From NCBI RefSeq assembly GCF_009914755.1, contig NC_060948.1: a DNA stretch of 64,000 nucleotides. One strand, given 5' to 3'. The notes below the pieces were generated by a model. The model did no database searches. It saw only the letters and a program-made list of their open reading frames with translations, and was not told where the DNA came from. A program made the position numbers and the translations under genes. Of this stretch, positions 56,981 to 64,000 are shown piece by piece (positions within the stretch are counted from its first letter, which is position 1; each line of letters opens with the position of its first letter). This DNA is from the human T2T-CHM13v2.0 reference genome, Homo sapiens.

Positions 56981-59900
56981 AAGGAATCAAATCAATGGAA
57001 TCTAATCAAATGGAATGGAAAGGAATTGAATGGAGTAGATTGGATTGGATGGGATTGGAGTGAAATGTACTGGAAAGGACTCGAATTTCATGAAACGGAA
57101 TGGAATGAATTGGAACGGAATGGACTCGAATGGAATGGAATGTCATGGAATGGCATCAAATGGAATGGCATCAAATGGAATGGAATCGAATGCAATGGAA
57201 TGCTATGGAATGGAATGGAATGCATTGGAATGGAATGTCCTCTAATGGAATGGATTCGAGTGGAATGGAATCGAATATAATGGAGTCGAATGAAATGGAA
57301 TTGAAAGGAATGGGATCGAATACAATGGAATATGCTGGAATGTAATGTAATGAACACGAATGTAATTGACTGGAATGGAATGTACATGAATGGAATGTAA
57401 TCGAATGGAAAGTAATCCAATGGAATAGAATCTAATGCAATAAAATCGACTCAGATAGAGTAGAATGTAATGGAATGGAGTGCAGTACAATGGAATGGAA
57501 TGGAATGCAATGGAATGGAATGGAATGGAATGGAATGGAATGGGATGGAATGGGATGGAATGGTATGGAGTGGATAGTAATGGACTGGAGTGAAATGGAC
57601 TGGAAAGGAATGGACTCAAATTGAAAGGGCTCGAAAGGAATGGAGTCAAATGGAATGGTCTGGAATGGAATGAACACGAATGTAATGCAATCCAATAGAA
57701 TGGAATCGAATGGCATGGAATATAAAGAAATGGAATCGAAGAGAATGGAAACAAATGGAATGGAATTGAATGGAATGGAATTGAATGGAATGGGAACGAA
57801 TGGAGTGAAATTGTATGCAGTAGAAGGGAATAGAATGGAATGCAAGCGAAAGGAAAGGAATGGATTGGAATGGAATGGAATTCATTGGAATGGAAGGGAA
57901 TGTAGTGTAATGGACAGACCTGGAATAAAGTGGAATGCTACGGTCTCGAATGGAATAAAAATGTATGGAATGGAATGCAATGAAACGGAATCGAATGTCA
58001 TAGAATGTAATGGAATGCAAAAAATTGGAATCCAAAATCATTGACTGGAAAGGCTGGGTGTCGAAAGGAATTGACTCCAATGATATGGAATCGAATGGAA
58101 TGGAAGTGAATAGAATCGAACTAAATCGAATGGAATGGAATTGATAGGAACGGAATGGAAAGGAATGCAATGAATTGGCATGGAATGGAATCGAATGGCA
58201 TCGAATGGAATGGAATGGAATGCAATGGAATGGAATGTATTAGAATGTAATGAACTTTAATGGAATGTACTCGAATGGATTCGACTGGAATGGAATGTTC
58301 TGGAAGTGAATGGACTCCAATGGAATGGATTCAAAAGGAATGGAATCGTACGGAATGGAATCTAATGGAATGGAATTAAATGGAAATGAATCAAATTGAA
58401 TAGAACGGAATTGAATTGAATGGAATGGAATGCAATGGAATCTAATGAAACGGAAAGGAAAGGAATGGAATGGAATGGAATGGGCTGGAATGGAAAGGAA
58501 TCGAAACGAATGGAATGGAATCGAACTGAAGAGACTGGAATGGAATGCACTGGAATGGAAGGGAGTGTAATGGAAGGTTCTCGAAAAAAATGGAATCGAA
58601 TGGAATGGAATTGAATGGAACGGAATAGAGTCGAATGGAATTGAATGGAATGGAATGGACTAGAGTGAAATGGAATCGAACCACAAGGAATGGACAGGAA
58701 TAGAATGGTCTCGAATTGAATGGAATCGTATGGAATGGCATCAAACGGAATGGAATGGACAGCCACGGAATGGAATGCACTCGAATGCAATGGAGTCGAA
58801 ACTAATGGACTGGAATAGAATGGACTCGACTGGTACGGACTCCAATGGAATGGAATCGAATGGAAGGGAATCGAACGGAATGGACTCGAAGGGAAAAGAC
58901 TGCAATGGAAAGGTCTCGAATGGAATGGAAATTAATGGAATGGAATGGAATCGAATGAAATGGAGTCAAAAGGAATGGAATCGAATGGCAAGAAATCGAA
59001 TGTAATGGAATCGCAAGGAATTGATGTGAACGGAACGGAATGGAATGGAATCCAAAGGAATGGAATAGAATGGAATGGAATCGAATGGAAAGGACTCGAA
59101 TGGAAATCACTCGAATAGAATGCAATTTAATAAAATAGGATCAAATGTAATGGAATGGAATGGAAAGGAATCGAAACGAAAGGAATGGAGACAGATGGAA
59201 TGGAATGGAACAGAGAGCAATGGTATAGAATGGAATGGAATCATCTGGAATGGAATTGAATGGAATGGAATAATATGAAATGGAATGGAATGGAATGGAA
59301 TGGAATGCCCTTGAATTAAATGGACTGGAATGGAATGGACTCGAACAGAGTGGAATGGAAAGTGTTGAGATAGAATGGAATGGACTCCTTTGGAATGGTG
59401 TAGTATGCAATGCAATCGACTGGCAGGGAATCAAGAGGAATGTAATGGAATGGATTGGACTGGAATGCAATGGACTCGAATAGATTGGAAACGGAATGCA
59501 AAGGAATGGAATGGAATAGTATGGAATGGAATGGAAAGGAATGGAGTGGAATAGACTAGAGTGGAATGGAATGGACTGGAAAGCAATGGACTGGAATGGA
59601 ACTTTCTTGAATGGACTGGAATCAAACGGAATGGAATGCAATGCAATCAAATGGCATGGAATAAAATAGAATGAAAGAGAATCAAATGGAATTGAATCGA
59701 ATGGAATCGAATGGATTGGAAAGGAATAGAATGGAATGGAATGGAATTGACTCGAATGGAATGGACTAGAATGGAATGGATTCGAATGGAAGGCAAAGGA
59801 ATGGAATCTATTGGAATGGACTGTAATGGAATGGAATGGAAAGGATTGGAATGGACTCGAATGGAATGGACTGCAATAGAAAGGATTCGAATGGAATGAA

Positions 59901-60539
59901 AAAGAATTGAATGGAATAGAACAGAATGGAATCAAATCGAATGAAATGGAATGGAATAGAAAGGAATGGAATGAAATGGAATGGAAAGGATTCGAATGGA
60001 ATGCAATCGAATGGAATGGAATCGAACGGAATGGAATAAAATGGAAGAAAACTGGCAAGAAATGGAATCGAAATGAATGGAGTGTTATGGAACGGACTCA
60101 AAAGGAATTGAATGTAATAGAATGGAGTGGAGTGGACTCGAATATAATGGAATGGAATGGAATGAAATCACAAGGAATGGGAACGAATGGAATGGAATGG
60201 AAAGGAATGGAATCGAATGGAAAGGAATCGAATGGAAGGGAATGAAATTGAATCAACAGGAATGGAAGGGAATAGAATAGACGGTAATGGAATGGACTCG
60301 AATAGAATGGACACGAATGCTCAAATTGAATGGACTCGAATGGAATGGAAACGAAAGGAATGTCATCGAATGGAATTGAATCGATTGGAATGAAATCGCA
60401 TAGAATGGAGTGGAATCAAATGGAATTGAATCGAAAGGAAAGGAAGCGAATGGACTGAAATGAAATGGAATGGAATTGAATGGAAAGTAATGCAATGGAA
60501 TAGAATGGAACGAAATTTCACGGAATGGAATCAAACTGA
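56981..60539 (+). repeat. DYZ1 unit U17 (3559 bp), subtype B, HaeIII-negative
   Basis: GGACAGACCTGG at 57912-57923 replaces GGACAGGCCTGG. Confidence 0.9.
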
Positions 60540-63500
60540 ATGGAATCAAATCAATGGAATCAAATCAAATGGAATGGAAAGGAATTGAATGGAGTAGATT
60601 GGATTGGATGGGATTGGAATGAAATGTACTGGAAAGGACTCGAATTTCATGAAACGGAATGGAATGAATTGGAACGGAATGGACTCGAATGGAATGGAAT
60701 GTCATGGAATGGCATCAAATGGAATGGCATCAAATGGAATGGAATCGAATGCAATGGAATGCTATGGAATGGAATGGAATGCATTGGAATGGAATGTCCT
60801 CTAATGGAATGGATTCGAGTGGAATGGAATCGAATATAATGGAGTCGAATGAAATGGAATTGAAAGGAGTGGGATCGAATACAATGGAATATACTGGAAT
60901 GTAATGTAATGAACTCGAATGTAATTGACTGGAATGGAATGTACATGAATGGAATGTAATCGAATGGAAAGTAATCCAATGGAATAGAATCTAATGCAAT
61001 AAAACCGACTCAGATAGAGTAGAATGTAATGGAATGGAGTGCAGTGCAATGGAATGGAATGGAATGGAAGGCAATGGAATGGAATGGAATGGAATGGAAT
61101 GGAATGGAATGGAATGGAATGGGATGGAATGGGATGGAATGGATAGTAATGGACTGGAGTGAAATGGACTGGAAAGGAATGGACTCAAATTGAAAGGGCT
61201 CGAAAGGAATGGAGTCAAATGGAATGGTCTGGAATGGAATGAACACGAATGTAATGCAATCCAATAGAATGGAATCGAATGGCATGGAATATAAAGAAAT
61301 GGTATCGAAGAGAATGGAAACAAATGGAATGGAATTGAATGGAATGGAATTGAATGGAATGGGAACGAATGGAGTGAAATTGTATGCAGTAGAAGGGAAT
61401 AGAATGGAATGCAAGCGAAAGGAAAGGAATGGATTGGAATGGAATGGAATTCATTGGAATGGAAGGGAATGTAGTGTAATGGACAGGCCTGGAATAAAGT
61501 GGAATGCTACGGTCTCGAATGGAATAAAAATGTATGGAATCGAATGCAATGAAACGGAATCGAATGTCATAGAATGTAATGGAATGCAAAAAAATGGAAT
61601 CCAAAATCATTGACTGGAAAGGCTGGGTGTCGAAAGGAATTGACTCCAATGGAATGGAATCGAATGGAATGGAAGTGAATAGAATCGAACTAAATCGAAT
61701 GGAATGGAATTGATAGGAACGGAATGGAAAGGAATGCAATGATTTGGCATGGAATGGAATCGAATGGCATCGAATGGAATGGAATGGAATGCAATGGAAT
61801 GGAATGTATTAGAATGTAATGAACTTTAATGGAATGTACTCGAATGGATTCGACTGGAATGGAATGTTCTGGAAGTGAATGGACTCCAATGGAATGGATT
61901 CAAAAGGAATGGAATCGTACGGAATGGAATCTAATGGAATGGAATTAAATGGAAATGAATCAAATTGAATAGCACGGAATTGAATTGAATGGAATGGAAT
62001 GCAATGGAATCTAATGAAACGGAAAGGAAAGGAATGGAATGGAATGGAAAGGGCTGGAATGGAAAGGAATCGAAACGAATGGAATGGAATCGAACTGAAG
62101 AGACTGGAATGGAATGCACTGGAATGGAAGGGAGTGTAATGGAAGGTTCTCGAAAAAAATGGAATCGAATGGAATGGAATTGAATGGAACGGAATAGAGT
62201 CGAATGGAATTGAATGGAATGGAATGGACTAGAGTGAAATGGAATCGAACCACAAGGAATGGACAGGAATAGAATGGTCTCGAATTGAATGGAATCGTAT
62301 GGAATGGCATCAAACGGAATGGAATGGACAGCCACGGAATGGAATGCACTCGAATGCAATGGAGTCGAAACTAATGGACTGGAATAGAATGGACTCGACT
62401 GGTACGGACTCCAATGGAATGGAATCGAATGGAAGGGAATCGAACGGAATGGACTCGAAGGGAAAAGACTGCAATGGAAAGGTCTCGAATGGAATGGAAA
62501 TTAATGGAATGGAATGGAATCGAATGAAATGGAGTCAAAAGGAATGGAATCGAATGGCAAGAAATCGAATGTAATGGAATCGCAAGGAATTGATGTGAAC
62601 GGAACGGAATGGAATGGAATCCAAAGGAATGGAATAGAATGGAATGGAATCGAATGGAAAGGACTCGAATGGAAATCACTCGAATAGAATGCAATTTAAT
62701 AAAATAGGATCAAATGTAATGGAATGGAATGGAAAGGAATCGAAACGAAAGGAATGGAGACAGATGGAATGGAATGGAACAGAGAGCAATGGTATAGAAT
62801 GGAATGGAATCATCTGGAATGGAATTGAATGGAATGGAATAATATGAAATGGAATGGAATGGAATGGAATGGAATGGAATGGAATGCCCTTGAATTAAAT
62901 GGACTGGAATGGAATGGACTCGAACAGAGTGGAATGGAAAGTGTTGAGATAGAATGCAATGGACTCCTTCGGAATGGTCTAGTATGCAATGCAATCGACT
63001 GGCAGGGAATCAAAAGGAATGTAATCGAATGGATTGGACTGGAATGCAGTGGACTCGAATAGATTGGAAACGGAATGCAAAGGAATGGAATGGAATAGTA
63101 TGGAATGGAATGGAAAGGAATGGAGTGGAATAGACTAGAGTGGAATGGAATGGACTGGAAAGCAATGGACTGGAATGGAACTTTCTTGAATGGACTGGAA
63201 TCAAACGGAATGGAATGCAATGCAATCAAATGGCATGGAATAAAATAGAATGAAAGAGAATCAAATGGAATTGAATCGAATGGAATCGAATGGATTGGAA
63301 AGGAATAGAATGGAATGGAATGGAATTGACTCAAATGGAATGGACTAGAATGGAATGGATTCGAATGGAAGGCAAAGGAATGGAATCTATTGGAATGGAC
63401 TGTAATGGAATGGAATGGAAGGGATTGGAATGGACTCGAATGGAATGGACTGCAATAGAAAGGATTCGAATGGAATGAAAAAGAATTGAATGGAATAGAA

Positions 63501-64000
63501 CAGAATGGAATCAAATCGAATGAAATGGAATGGAATAGAAAGGAATGGAATGAAATGGAATGGAAAGGATTCGAATGGAATGCAATCGAATGGAATGGAA
63601 TCGAACGGAATGGAATAAAATGGAAGAAAACTGGCAAGAAATGGAATCGAAATGAATGGAGTGTTATGGAACGGACTCAAAAGGAATTGAATGTAATAGA
63701 ATGGAGTGGAGTGGACTCCAATATAATAGACTGGAATGGAATGAAATCACATGGAATGGGAACGAATGGAATGGAATGGAAAGGAATGGAATCGAATGGA
63801 AATGAATCGAATGGAAGGGAATGAAATTGAATCAACAGGAATGGAAAGGAGTAGAATAGACGGTAATGGAATGGGCTCGAATAGAATGGACACGAATGCT
63901 CAAATTAAATGGACTCGAATGGAATGGAAACGAAAGGAATGTCATCGAATGGAATTGAATCGATTGGAATGAAATCGCATAGAATGGAGTGGAATCAAAT
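60540..64000 (+). repeat. DYZ1 unit U18 (truncated by the window end), U16-like
   Basis: Shares AAGGAGTGGG, AAAACCGACTC and GCAGTGGACTC with U16 at offset 7142. Confidence 0.88.

Larger units (their letters stand above)
1..64000 (+). repeat. DYZ1: Human Satellite 3 (HSat3) array of diverged (GGAAT)n with a ~3.55 kb unit; DYZ1 repeat of Yq12 heterochromatin
   Basis: Seen: continuous GGAAT-derived pentamers from end to end. Unique landmarks (GGACAGGCCTGG, GGCTGGGTGTCG, GAACCACAAGG, GCCCTTGAATTAAA) recur every ~3.55 kb. GGCC lies at 1137, 4661, 8215, 11749, 15323, 18897, 22435, 25973, 29522, 33056, 36604, 40158, 43707, 47231, 50775, 54344 and 61486. Known: DYZ1 is the ~3.56 kb HaeIII/EcoRI-defined pentamer repeat of human Yq12. 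Confidence 0.95.

Noticed and set aside
221-63972. Hundreds of ORFs of up to ~313 aa (MEWNG-like on +, IPFHS-like on -), repeated in every unit
   Set aside because: Pure (GGAAT)n has no stop codon in any of the six frames and supplies ATG every 5 bp. The ORFs overlap in all frames, resemble no domain I recognise, and are freely broken between units (for example the 134 aa ORF is cut to 69 aa at 36327).
1-64000. CRISPR-like or other repeat-spacer system
   Set aside because: There are no unique spacers. The apparently variable segments recur at the same position in every ~3.55 kb unit.
1-64000. Embedded Alu/L1, DYZ2 (HSat1B) block, or strand inversion
   Set aside because: I saw no non-pentamer stretch, poly-A tail, AT-rich DYZ2 sequence or CATTC-oriented segment.
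1-64000. HSat2 or an autosomal HSat3 array as the identity
   Set aside because: HSat2 is dominated by CATTCGATTC with ATCATCGAATGG-type motifs and different periods. The ~3.55 kb period with one HaeIII site fits DYZ1 better. An alignment to T2T-Y would be decisive.
1-64000. Canonical G-quadruplex motifs
   Set aside because: G runs are almost all GG. I saw no cluster of four GGG tracts with short loops.
1-64000. A previously undescribed gene system
   Set aside because: Every part of the window is accounted for by a known satellite family. The reportable items concern array structure and candidate binding motifs only.

Overview
The whole 64 kb window is one uninterrupted, single-orientation array of human Satellite 3. 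It consists of diverged (GGAAT)n pentamers on the + strand, (CATTC)n on the - strand, organised into about 18 tandem units of 3509-3583 bp. Nearly every unit carries one HaeIII/StuI site (AGGCCT) about 39 bp after an EcoRI site. This matches the DYZ1 repeat of Yq12 heterochromatin, an assignment made from recalled family properties and not from a database search. I see no genes, RNA genes, transposons, DYZ2/Alu blocks or inversions. All ORFs are artefacts of a pentamer that has no stop codon in any frame. I found no support for an undescribed biological system. The informative signal is structural: four fixed pentamer phase breaks per unit, three perfect heat-shock elements per unit, and two interleaved unit subtypes. 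There is also a recent 3 x 3574 bp triplication with a mutation cluster at its right junction, 10.6 kb and 7.14 kb higher-order duplications, and chimeric units whose switch points lie in or near the length-variable pure GGAAT tracts. Units are numbered U1-U18 from the landmark CAAACTGA|ATGGAATCAAATCAATGG. Variant comparisons were made by eye and are not exhaustive.
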